A stretch of DNA of 64,000 nucleotides from Chiloscyllium plagiosum (lineage: Eukaryota): positions 22,283,174 to 22,347,173 of the forward strand of contig NC_057719.1 in assembly GCF_004010195.1 (NCBI RefSeq). The letters run 5' to 3'. The notes under the pieces are model-generated. The model saw nothing but the letters and a program-made list of their open reading frames with translations. It had not been told where the DNA came from and did not search any database. Positions 1-10,612 of the stretch are shown piece by piece (the stretch's first letter is position 1; every line of letters begins with the position of its first letter). A program made the position numbers and the translations under genes.

Positions 1-255
1 TGGGTGGTGTCTCGAATGTATGTGGGGAGTTCCTGGACTAGGGGGGATAGGACAGTGTCGAGGTAGGTAGAGATGAGTTCAGTGGGGCAGGAGCATGCTG
101 AGACAATGGGTCGGCCAGGGTGGTCAGGCTTGTGGATCTTGGGAAGGCGGTAGAACCGGGCAGTGCGGGGTCCCGGACTATGAGGTTGGAAGCTGGGGGT
201 GGGAGATCTCCTGAGGTGATGAGGTTCTGTATGGTCTGGGAGATGATAGTTTGGT
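1..255 (-). mobile_element. Penelope-like element (PLE) reverse transcriptase fragment; runs off the left edge of the window
   Basis: Minus-strand translation [80 protein letters not shown], with one frameshift. FYxLPKIHKP..PGRPIVS is the typical PLE RT N-terminal motif. Confidence 0.85.
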
Positions 256-307
256 CGGATGCTGCCTGAATTGCTGTGCTTTTCCAGCACCACTCTAATC
301 CAGAATC
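256..307 (+). mobile_element. PLE terminal-repeat fragment (family A), inverted relative to the adjacent RT
   Basis: cggatgctgcctgaattgctgtgcttttccagcaccactctaatccagaatc matches the family A copies at 36030-36075 and 61516-61565. Confidence 0.8.
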
Positions 308-501
308 CTTTCCAGAACATTACCTGGATCTCTGGATTAACAGTCCAGCTGTAATACCACCTCTCACTAATATATTCACAAGAATATGTCAATGCAGTTT
401 TAACAAAATAACGTTAATATTAATTACACACAAAAGGAAAATAAAAGTCTACACTACATAAGAACAATTTGCAATGTTTTCCTTGCAAGTTTCAACAATA
501 T

Positions 502-820
502 GGGTGGCATGGTGGTTCAGTGGTTGGCACTGCTGCCTCACAGTGCTCGGGACTCAGGTTCAATTCCTGCCTCACATGACTGTGTGGAGTTTGCATGTTC
601 TCCCTGTGTCTACATGAGTTTCCTCCAGGTACTCTGGTTTCCACCCACAATCCAGAGATATACAGGTCAGGTAAATTGGCCATGCTAAATTGCCCATAGT
701 GTTAGGTGCATTAGTCAGGTGTAAGTATAGGGTAGGGGTCTGGTGGGTTACTCTTCAAAGGGTCGGTGTGGACTTGTTGGGCTGAAAGGCCTGTTCCCAT
801 ATTGTAGTGAATCTAATCTA
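502..820 (+). mobile_element. HE1-type tRNA-derived SINE (V-SINE group)
   Basis: A box (tggttcagtgg), B box (ggttcaattcc), central tgtgtggagtttgcatgttctccctgtgtct block, (aatct)n tail. At least six similar copies occur in the window. Confidence 0.85.
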
Positions 821-1814
821 AAGATTAAATCTTTCTACCTTCAACAACAACCTGACAGTTCAGTAAAAGCTCAATCTGTTTCTCTTCCAAAGTTCCTTGT
901 TTATTAGTCATAGCTGCACTAGGCGTCTTTCTGACAAATGCCAACAGTCATTTGATATTAACATCTTTAGTTAATGTCTCTTCATGAGGCCCTTAACTGC
1001 CAACACATCTCATTTACTTCTTAGTAGGATTTCCTTAAATTCAGGCATTCTGTATGAGCTGTATATGTTGACGTATTCTCATTCTGGAACTTTTCTCTTA
1101 CTAACTATTAAGCCACTTTGGCCTTATTTTATTCTACTCTGAAGGTTTTGGAGAGTGCTAATCTGCACCGCTGATGCTACAAGTTTATTCCTCCATAAAT
1201 AACTGTTATTTTGTGAAAGAAACCCTGTGCACTCACTGACCTTCTGGGTGGTTCTTCTTATATAAATTAATCAGTTTCTGTCTCCTTCTGCTGCTAGACA
1301 GCTTCTTGCCAGACAGCAGCCCACATGTTCTCCTCTTCTCTTCTAACCTTGACTTTGAAAGCACTAAACAATTTACTTCAAGTGTTTTCTAAAGATCTTA
1401 TTTCAATGCATGTACACAAATGACCAGATAATCCTGCGTTACTCAAAAATGGAGCAAAATCTATGCCCTCCAATCCTCAACAAGTATAATATAGAAATAT
1501 AAATCAATTTAAAGCTACACATAGGTTTGTCAACTTTAGAAGCAAAGTTTTAAATGATGATAATATATAGTGAACCTTCAGTGCATTGGCCAAGTTTGGT
1601 ATGATGTAATTACGGGGTTATAAATTCCGAGATATTTCTACAGGTGTTTTATGTGCTGGGGAATAATTGATTGTTGGACATTTGAGTTTCCTGGGTTAAA
1701 ACAGATCCCAGAACTTAATAGAGTCAAAAAATGTTGATCTGATCTAAACTCAATTGACAATTCTTGCTGTTGAAAACAAGTTCTTCATGATGAGTTGCCA
1801 CCATTAGTAAGTCC

Positions 1815-2443
1815 CACCGGTATGAGATTCTTGCTCCCTATACAGATGAGGAAAAGGGCTCTGGACAGGATGAGCCAGCTGACTATGGCACCATGGTGCA
1901 GAAGGCCATTCAAGAGGGGGGAGCAAAAAGACAAGTAGTTGTAATAGGGGATTCTATAATTAGGGGGACAGATAGTATCCTTTGCAAGCCGGAATGGGAG
2001 TCTCGCATGGTGTGTTGCCTACCCGGTGCCAGGGGTCGGGAAATCTCTGGCCGGCTTGAAAGGATATTGGAGCGGGAGGGGAGGATCCAGTTGTTGTGGT
2101 CCACGTTGGGACTAACAACATAGGCAAGACTAGGGTGGAGGACCTGTTTGGGGATTATCAAGCACTAGGAAGGAAATTGAAGTACAGGTCCTCAAGGGTC
2201 ATAATCTCCGGATTACTGCCCGAGCCACGTGCCAATTGGCATAGGGATAAGAAAATTAGGGAAGTAAACACGTGGCTAAGGGATTGGTGTGGGAAAGAGG
2301 GATTCCACTTCATGGGGCATTGGCATCAGTTTTGGAACCGGGGGGATCTGTACCGTTGGGACGGTCTCCACCTGAACCGATCAGGTACCAATGTTCTAGC
2401 GAAGAGGATAAATAGGGTGGTCAGTAGGACTTTAAACTTCTGA
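1815..2443 (+). pseudogene. CR1 ORF1 C-terminal part, SGNH/GDSL esterase domain; 1-bp frameshift near 2080
   Basis: SGNH blocks VVVIGDSIIRG, CCLPGA, VHVGTNNI and DGLHLN are split between track ORFs 1893..2123 and 2096..2443. Confidence 0.9.
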
Positions 2444-2460
2444 GTTGGGGGGAAGGGAAA

Positions 2461-5296
2461 GTGAAAGCGACAGGGAGTATGGAGGTAAATGGCAAGATAA
2501 GCAGCAGGATAGCATGTTTCCAGGCAGATTTAAAATTGAGGCAGACTGAGAATACAGTAAAAAGCAAGGATAACTTAGGACATATGACTTCCAACATCTC
2601 TAATGATAAGGAAGTTAGCATTAAGGCACTTTACCTGAATGCTCGTAGCATACATAACAAAGCCGATGAACTAATGGCACAGATAATAGTGAATAATTAT
2701 GATGTAGTAGGCATCACAGAGACTTGGTTACAGGGGGATCAGGACTGGCAGTTAAACCTCCATGGTTTTTCAACTTATCGAAAAGACAGAGAGGTGGGCA
2801 AAGGGGGTGGGGTTGCCTTGTTAGTTAAGAACAAAATTAAATCTATGGTATTGAATGACATAGCCTCGGATGATGTGGAGTCTGTGTGGGTGGAATTGAG
2901 GAACCACAAAGGCAAAAAAAACAGAATTGGAGTTGTGTATAGACCTCCTAACAGTGGTCAGGACCAGGGACACAACATGTACCGGGAAATAGAGAAGGCA
3001 TGTCAGAAAGGCAAGGTTACATTGATCATGGGAGACTTCAATATGCAGGTGGACTGGGTAAATAATGTTGCTAGCGGATCTAAAGAAAGGGAATTCATGG
3101 AATGCTTACAGGATGGATTTTTGGAACAGCTTGTCATGGAGCCCACAAGAGAGCAGGCTATTCTGGACCTAATGCTTTGCAATGAACCAGACTCTATAAA
3201 AGATCTTAAAGTAAGGGAACCCTTAGGAAGTAGCGACCATAATATGATAGAGTTCAGTCTGGAGTTTGAAAGGGAGAAGGCAAAATCGGATGTAATGGTG
3301 TTACAGTTGAATAAAGGTAATTATGAGGGCATGAGAGAGGAACTGACTAAAATAGACTGGAAGCAGAGGCTAACCGGGAAGACAGCAGAGCAAAAATGGC
3401 AGGAGTTTGTAGGTATAATTGAGGACACTGTACAGAGGTTCATTCCCAAGAAAAGAAAGATTAACCGGGGAGGGATTAGACAACCTTGGCTGACAAAGGA
3501 AGTCAGGAAATGTATTAAAGAAAAAGAGAGATCCTATAAAGTGGCTAAGAACAGTGGGAAATCAAAAGATTGGGAAGGATACAAAAGCAAACAGAGGATA
3601 ACAAAGAGTGTAATAAGAAATAAGAGGATCAAATATGAAGGTAGGCTAGCCAATAATATTAGAAATAATAGTAAAAGTTTCTTTCAGTACATAAGAAACA
3701 AACGACAGGCAAAAGTAGACATTGGGCCACTTCAAACTGATGCAGGAAGCCTAGTGATGGGAGATAAGGAAATAGCAGGAGAACTTAACAAGTACTTTGC
3801 ATCAGTTTTCACAGTGGAAGACATGAGCAATATCCCAAAAATTAAAGGGTGTCACGGGGCTGAATTGAGTATGGTTGCCATTACGAAAGAGATAGTGCTA
3901 GAAAAATTAAAAAGTCTTAAAATTGATAAATCTCCTGGCCCCGATGGGATACACCCTAGAGTTCTGAGAGAGGTGGCTGAGGAAATAGCAGAGGCATTGG
4001 TTGAGATCTTTCAAGAGTCACTGGAGTCAGGAAAGGTCCCGGATGATTGGAAGATGGCTGTTGTAACCCCCTTGTACAAGAAAGGATCAAGGCAAAAGAT
4101 GGAAAATTATAGGCCAACCAGCTTAACCTCGGTTGTTGGTAAAATTCTAGAATCCATCATTAAGGATGAGGTTTCTAAATTCTTGGAAGAGCAGAGTCTG
4201 ATTAGAACAAAACAACATGGATTTAGTAAAGGGAGGTCATGCCTGACAAACCTGTTGGAATTTTTTGAAGAGGTAACAAGTAGGTTAGACCAGGGAAACC
4301 CAGTGGATGTGGTATATCTAGACTTTCAAAAGGCCTTTGATAAGGTGCCACACGGGAGGCTGCTGAGCAAGGTGAGGGCCCATGGTGTTCGAGGTGAGCT
4401 GCTGGGATGGACTGAGGATTGGCTGTCTAACAGAAGGCAGAGAGTTGGGATAAAAGGTTCTCTTTCAGAATGGCAGCCGGTGACGAGAGGTGTCCCGCAG
4501 GGTTCGGTGCTGGGGCCACAGCTGTTCGCAATATATATTAATGATTTGGATGAGGGAACCGGGGGAATTCTAGCGAAGTTTGCCGATGATACAAAGTTAG
4601 GTGGACAGGCAGGTAGTACTGAGGAAGTGGGGAGGCTACAGAAGGATCTAGACAGGTGGGGAGAGTGGTCCAGGAAATGGCTGATGGAATTTAACGTGAG
4701 CAAGTGCGAGGTCTTGCACTTTGGCAAAAAGAATAAAAACATAGACTACTTTCTAAAATGGTGAGAAAATTAATAAAGCCAAAGCACAAAGGGATCTGGG
4801 AGTGCTAGTCCAGGATTCTCTAAAGGTAAACATGCAGGTTGAGCCCGTGATTAAGAAAGCGAATGCAATGTTGTCTCTTATCTCAAGAGGGTTGGAATAT
4901 AAAAGCAGAGATGTACTACTAAGACTTTATAAAGCTCTGGTTAGGCCACATTTGGAGTACTGTGTCCAGTTTTGGTCCCCACACCTCAGGAAGGACATAC
5001 TGGCACAGGAACGTGTCCAGCGGAGATTCACACGGATGATCCCTGGAATGACAGGTCTAACATATGAGGAACGGCTGAGGAAACTGGGATTGTATTCGTT
5101 GGAGTTTAAAAGATTAAGGGGAGACTTAATAGAGACGCACAAAATAATACATGGCTTGGAAAAGGTGGATGCTAGGAAATTGTTTCAGTTAAACGAGGAG
5201 ACTAGGACCCGTGGACACAGCCTTAGAATTAGAGGGGGTCATTTCAGAACAGAAATGCGGAGACATTTCTTCAGCCAGAGAGTGGTGGGCCTGTGA
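2461..5296 (+). pseudogene. CR1 ORF2: AP-endonuclease plus reverse transcriptase; frameshift near 4758, premature TGA at 5294
   Basis: APE motifs LYLNARS, GITETW, IMGDFN, LDLML, SDHN. RT motifs KSPGPDG, NYRPTSLTS, QHGF, YLDFQKAFDKV, GVPQGSVLGP, KFADDTK. C-terminus LYKALVRPHLEYCVQFW lies in ORF 4802..5296. Confidence 0.95.
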
Positions 5297-5484
5297 AATT
5301 CATTGCCACAAAGTGCAGTGGAGGCTGGGACGCTAAATGTCTTCAAGGCAGAAATTGATAAATTCTTGATGTCACAAGGAATTAAGGGCTACGGGGAGAA
5401 TGCAGGTAAGTGGAGTTGAAATGTCCATCAGCCATGATTGAATGGCGGAATGGACTCGATGGGCCAAATGGCCTTACTTCCACT

Positions 5485-5712
5485 CCTATGTCTTATGGTC
5501 TTATGGTCTTATATTCCAGTCATGCTCTTTAGTTTTAGCCATCATTGCATTAGCATCAACAATGCACAGAATCCAGGAATACTTCCTGCAATGCTCGCCC
5601 TATGTCTTATGGTCTTATGGTCTTATATTCCAGTCATGCTCTTTAGTTTTAGCCATCATTGCATTAGCATCAACAATGCACAGAATCCAGGAATACTTCC
5701 TGCAATGCTCGC
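5485..5712. repeat. Tandem duplication, 2 x 114 bp, spanning the CR1 tail and its 3' flank
   Basis: cctatgtcttatgg...tgcaatgctcgc at 5485-5598 and 5599-5712; also visible as a 38-aa repeat in the ORF track. Confidence 0.95.
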
Positions 5713-6117
5713 TTTATGCTGTAGGAACAGGTTCACACTGGTGGATAAACCAAATAGTAGTGTCTGGAAGCAATGTCCTCTGAATGTGTTCTGAAGATCG
5801 CGTGTTCTTGAGATTCCTCGACCAAGTGAACCAACAATACATATGTCTGGTCTTAGTTGGTGAAAAAAAAAACCTCCTGTGAATTTGGAATTCAGTTCCT
5901 CGAATTGTTGGAATTTATCTGATTATGTCTTTAGATCAAGATTTATGTTGTGGGTCCAAGCATGCCTGGATTTTTCTATGCATTTTCACTTCACATATGA
6001 TAGTTTTGTGTCTTATGGTGCACATATATATAATGCTTTGATGATCCCTGCCACCTTCTTCATCCTTAAGCTGGATGTACAGAATATACTTTCCAGGACA
6101 GTTGATTGAAGGAAGAT

Positions 6118-6375
6118 TAAGACCATAAGATCCTAATAAATAGGAACAGGAGTTGGCTATTTGGTCCCTCCAGCCTGCTCAACCATTCAATAGGATCATA
6201 GTTGATTTGACATTCCTTGCATGCACTTTCTTCTTGATTCTTGTACTGATCAAGAACCTATCTATCTCTGCCTTACATGTACACAAGGACTCTGTCATAA
6301 AGCTCTCTGTGGCAAGAAATTTCAAAGACTCACAACCCTCTGGTAGAAGAAGTTCCTTCTTGTCTCAATCTTAAC
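6118..6375 (-). mobile_element. Old CR1 3'-end fragment
   Basis: Begins with the reverse-complement tail gaccataaga, followed by CR1 3' UTR-like sequence. Confidence 0.7.
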
Positions 6376-6420
6376 TACTACAGTACTTTCCTAAGAGTCA
6401 AATTGGTCTAGTACATCTGT

Positions 6421-6540
6421 GCTGAAAATGTGTTGCTGGAAAAGCGCAGCAGGTCAGGCAGCATGCTGCCTGACCTGCTGCGCTTTTCCAGCAACACATT
6501 TTCAGCTCTGATCTCCAGCATCTGCAGACCTCACTTTCTC
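6421..6540 (+). mobile_element. Short PLE-derived insertion (family A) with perfect 86-bp palindrome and 14-bp TSD
   Basis: Palindrome at 6421-6506; TSD ctagtacatctgtg at 6408-6421 and 6541-6554. Confidence 0.9.
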
Positions 6541-8263
6541 CTAGTACATCTGTGGGCAGACATAGATAGATTCAATGAGAACTATTCATGGCTTTGCTTC
6601 ACTGAAATTGGTATTGGTAGTCTCATGAATGGTAACAATATTGAGCTCTGCATATGCCAATAATGCTGCAGTTTTTGGTGTGCTCATCCTTACCAAGTAA
6701 AATGCTTCAGTTTGTCATTCAGACTTGCCATACCTTCATTTCAATGTCAGTGCATTCTGAAAGAACGGATGTCGCATTATTCACAGTTAATTTGGGTTGT
6801 ATTGTTGACTTCCAATAATCTAGATACAACTCCTGTCAGGATTCTGATTGGTAAGATGTTTGCACTTGCTCCCTTGTTGACTTTGGTTAGGATTCCATGT
6901 TGCTGTTTTTCTTCAACATATGCAGCTATAATTAGCAAAAGATTCCAAAAGTTCAATTTTGTCTGTACAGTATGCTATATTTGTACTGTGGAAAGGCCTG
7001 TTTGCTTTCTCAGATCTTCACTCTGGTCTGTCTTGCTATTAGCATCATGTATTGGTTTTTACAAAAGTCTCTAAGCGCTCCCTATCACTGCTGCAGTACG
7101 CTGCAGAAAGTTTGGTTATACATCTGGAATCAGATTCCTTGTATAGCTGAACCCAATGCTCTTTTACACCAATCACTCCCCATGTGGCTCATTTACTTTC
7201 TGCATCCTGGCTATTACACCAGTACCAGTAGCTGCATCTAGCGCTTGCAGATGTTGCTGTTCAGCCACAAAGACTGAATATTTTCTGCTTTATCTTATTA
7301 GTCTGTCAATTACGAGGCCATTCTTTCACTCCATGAGCTTTTTAAACTCTTTGATCAGCACTGAAGCTATAGCCAGCTCTGTTATCCCTTTAGAAAGCTG
7401 ATCATCATGTTGTGATTCTGTGTTTGCTTACACAAATTTACTAATCTCACAGCAGACTTGACTGCTGTTTATTTGAAGATATGGTACAGGAATGATCTGC
7501 AGGGAGACTTGTTATGAAGAATCAACAACTATTATTGTATGAAGGCAGAGTTGCAGTAGCTCTAAGCAAGACTGTTCAATGGCAGCCAGTCACATCCAGG
7601 ATATTTGCTCAATAGCATGTCACCCCTGAAAGTAATATCACAATACCCTACACTTTCTCAACAATGTGCATGCACAAATTTCTCAGCCTTTGTGTTGCCT
7701 GGCATAGCGTTGATCCTGTACAATCTTTGGTAGGAAACCTGACAGAGTTATGGACAGGAAAACTGTAAACATTGTCAATTGTATAAAGCCAAACTGTGGC
7801 TGGCTGCTTAGTTGTCCACTTTTGAAAATCAAAACCGATATCTTCCTGGGGCTATACTGTCATAATTCAATACTTTGTGATCTTCATTTTACTCAGTTTG
7901 GCTTTGTACATGCATTATTCCTTTTAAAATGACATTAAGGTCAAGACAATAATATCTCTGAAACCTTCTGGTACATCTTCAATGAAAGTTGCAAAAGAGA
8001 GATTTGCAGAAGGATTGCAAACACTAGAGCAATAATAACAGTAACCATGGTGATGTATCTATATTAAGTCACTGGGAAAGGCACCTCATTAATTTGTGAC
8101 ATAACACAACATGATCAATACATTAACCTTTTCATTCATAGCTCATTGGATAACTCAGTAACAATGACGCTATAATGGAATTAAAGCAAAATCAAATAAT
8201 ATCGTAAGACGTAAGAGGAAATCGTGTTTCACTAATGTAATTTTAAAAATATTTTTCTGTGTC

Positions 8264-9032
8264 TGTGATGAAGCTGCTCCTTTAACAAGGTTATGCCATC
8301 CTTGGCTTTTCTTTTCAGAGAGGTCGTAAATGACACAGACAGCAAAAACCCTGAAGGTGTTGACTTTTAGGGTCAATGTGATAATAGGTAACGATGCTGT
8401 TTTTGGCAGAAGTCTTTCAAGTTTAAAAAAAAAACAATGAAAGGGGAGTGGGCAGTTCTCCAAGCTCAGTTTGTCTCTGGTTTAGTTTGTTTTTTAGCAT
8501 TTGTGTGGAAAAACCTGCTGGTCCAAAGAAGCAGGTCAAGGCTGGTACTCTCTCTCTGACTTCTCTCCTGTGAGAACCCGTGTTTGCTTTTACCTTTTGT
8601 GCCAAGGGATATTTATGGGAATTGTTGCAAGTATTTGGAACAGCATCAATACGTTGGTATGATCTGTTGGGTTTTCGGATAGGATAAATTATTCAGTAGT
8701 GTGGTGCTGGAAAAGCACAGCAGGTCAAGCAGCAAGTGAGGAGCAGGATGCTGCCTGACCTGCTGTGCTTTTGCAGCACCACACTCTCGACTCTAATCTC
8801 CAGCATCGGCAGTCCTTATTTTCACCTAAGTTATTTAGTATTCTGTTCTCTTTTGATTGCATTTTATTTGGTTATCTTGTAAATAGATTTTGCTTTGTTT
8901 AAAACTAAGTGGGTTGACCAGCTGTATCCCTCCTGGAATATCCGTGTTACACCTGCTTAATACAACGAGCAAAGTTAGGGCTTGGACTACTTTGCTGGAA
9001 TGTTTAGAGATGGTCTGGCCTGGTCCATAACA
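8264..9032 (+). mobile_element. Candidate solo LTR
   Basis: Begins tgtgatg and ends cataaca (imperfect TG..CA inverted termini), about 640 bp once the PLE insert is removed. No convincing TSD. Confidence 0.45.
8699..8826 (+). mobile_element. Short PLE-derived insertion (family A) with fold-back arm
   Basis: Inverted arms gtgtggtgctggaaaagcacagcaggtca / tgacctgctgtgcttttgcagcaccacac; TSD taaattattcagta (8685-8698) versus taagttatttagta (8827-8840). Confidence 0.85.
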
Positions 9033-9772
9033 GACTGTTATCCATTAGCTTTATTCCATGAATGGGCTGCAGTCAAAGTGTTTTGCATCATTACTGCCTG
9101 AAGGCGTTTATGTTCTTTAGCGGAAAAAGGTTTGTCAAAAGCTGGATATTGACTGCCTTGAAGTGCAAGGTTACATGAACACACCATTGCATGCATGGTC
9201 AATTTACGGTTATGTGCTCCCTTTGTCCCCACCTACCCCCCACCCCTTCCACAAATGAACGAAATAAATTATAAGGCCAGGTATGCCATTATAGAAAACT
9301 CAAATGAAAATCAAACAGCACTGACTGTTTAAATGCAGTTCCCCATGATTTCCCTGTAGTTGTTATCATCAACAGGGAATTTTGCACACGCACAATGGAT
9401 CCGTCAAGGTTCGAGATGTGATTTTTCATCAGAAAAGACATAACCAAGGAGTGAAGTACTTTCTACAATTAAATAAAGAGGGAAGGATGTTAAAATCAAA
9501 TCCATGAGACATATGCAAAGGCAGACCCTCTCTAGTGCACTTGGGTATAAATATTAAAGTAATTAGAGCCCATGCAGGACAATTAGGGAAGTATGCCCAC
9601 AGTGGAATCTTCCTGAATTTGTGTCTGCTTAATGTCAAAATGGAAAATCATACAGACCACTTTCTGCTCAATGTATGAGGAGTACAATTCATCAGATATG
9701 ATCTACTTTCACAGGGGCTAATATAAATAAGAATTTGCAGAGAGGTTTTAAGACAGTGGGCAAAAAAAACCA

Positions 9773-9965
9773 TACAAGCAATCCCTAGGTCACAAACAGG
9801 TACTGTTTTGGAATCTGTTCACAAGTGGATTTGTATGGAAGTCAGAACACAGTGCAGGACAATATGCAGGAAGTGCCTATATGTCCGATCTTTAAAATTA
9901 CACCCGTGCGTTTGTAAGTACAAGCATTTGTAAGACAGGCATTCATTATTCAGGGACCCGCTGTA
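9773..9965. mobile_element. Degraded Tigger/pogo-like MITE
   Basis: Bounded by ta-caagcaatccct ... agggacccgctg-ta (degenerate TIRs, TA flanks). Confidence 0.45.
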
Positions 9966-10174
9966 TGCTAGATTAAGTTCACTCTTATATTTATTCATCG
10001 AAGCTACTACTGGAGCAGAATGTATCTATCTTTATAGAAAAACATGTTTCTCAGCTGGGGAGTGACCTCTTCCACTTCCATATCTGCAGCATTGTCTGAG
10101 AATCAAATCTTGAACAGAATTCCTCCCCCTACTCGGATAGTTTGAAGGTCAACATCACGTTTTTTTTTCAAGGA

Positions 10175-10612
10175 ATAAATCTAGGGATGAACGGGCCTCA
10201 CACGAGGAGCAATTGAATAGCATGGGCTTGCACTCGCTGGAGTTGCCGTTTGTGCTTATGCTTGAAGTGTCGATTCTCCTGCTCCTCGGATGCTGCCTGA
10301 CCTGCTGCGCATTTCCAGCACCACACTCTTCTACTCTGATCTCCAGCATCTGCAGTCCTCGCTTTCTCCATTGAGTGAGAGGAGGCAGGTTCAAAACTGA
10401 AAGGAGGAAAAACTATTTCTCTCAGAAGTTTGTGAATCTTTGGAACTCACTGCCCCAGAGTGAAGCAAAATCAGAACAACAGATTCAACAAAGAAATAGA
10501 TATGTTGCTGAAGAAAAGCAGGACAGAAAGCAATGGGAAGCAGACGAGAAACTGGAGCAGAGATCAGGATAAGAGCAGACATAATCATGCTAAATAACAG
10601 GGTGGTTTTGAG
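10175..10612 (+). mobile_element. Old CR1 3' fragment, interrupted by a PLE insertion and a Rex/Babar LINE; resumes at about 12811-12856
   Basis: RGGRFKTERRKNYFSQKFVNLWNSLPQ is the CR1 ORF2 C-terminus. Confidence 0.8.
10253..10369 (+). mobile_element. Short PLE-derived insertion (family A), 5'-truncated within the ribozyme
   Basis: gtcgattctcctgctcctcggatgctgcctgacctgctg...ctgcagtcctcgctttctcc, with the same 3' end as the other family A copies. Confidence 0.85.

Larger units (their letters stand above)
1812..5512 (+). mobile_element. Young, 5'-truncated CR1 LINE (partial ORF1, ORF2, 3' UTR, (TCTTATGG)n tail)
   Basis: Esterase-type ORF1, then APE-RT ORF2, then a CR1 3' UTR ending in tcttatgg repeats at 5491-5512. 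Confidence 0.95.

Noticed and set aside
502..575. tRNA genes at A/B-box sequences
   Set aside because: These are SINE heads continuing into SINE bodies, with no complete cloverleaf or terminator.
500..688. Recurrent short ORFs such as VVQWLALLPHS
   Set aside because: Translations of HE1 SINE copies, not genes.
4326..4742. Antisense ORFs over CR1 and Rex RT regions
   Set aside because: Shadow frames of the retroelement coding strand.
5438..5794. ORFs with an internal 38-aa repeat
   Set aside because: By-product of the 114-bp tandem duplication at the CR1 tail; no sign of a real protein.
6421..6540. CRISPR-like repeats, or a MITE interpretation of the palindromic family
   Set aside because: Copies are dispersed rather than arrayed, inversions are asymmetric and variable, and TSDs are long and variable, which fits PLE retroinsertion.
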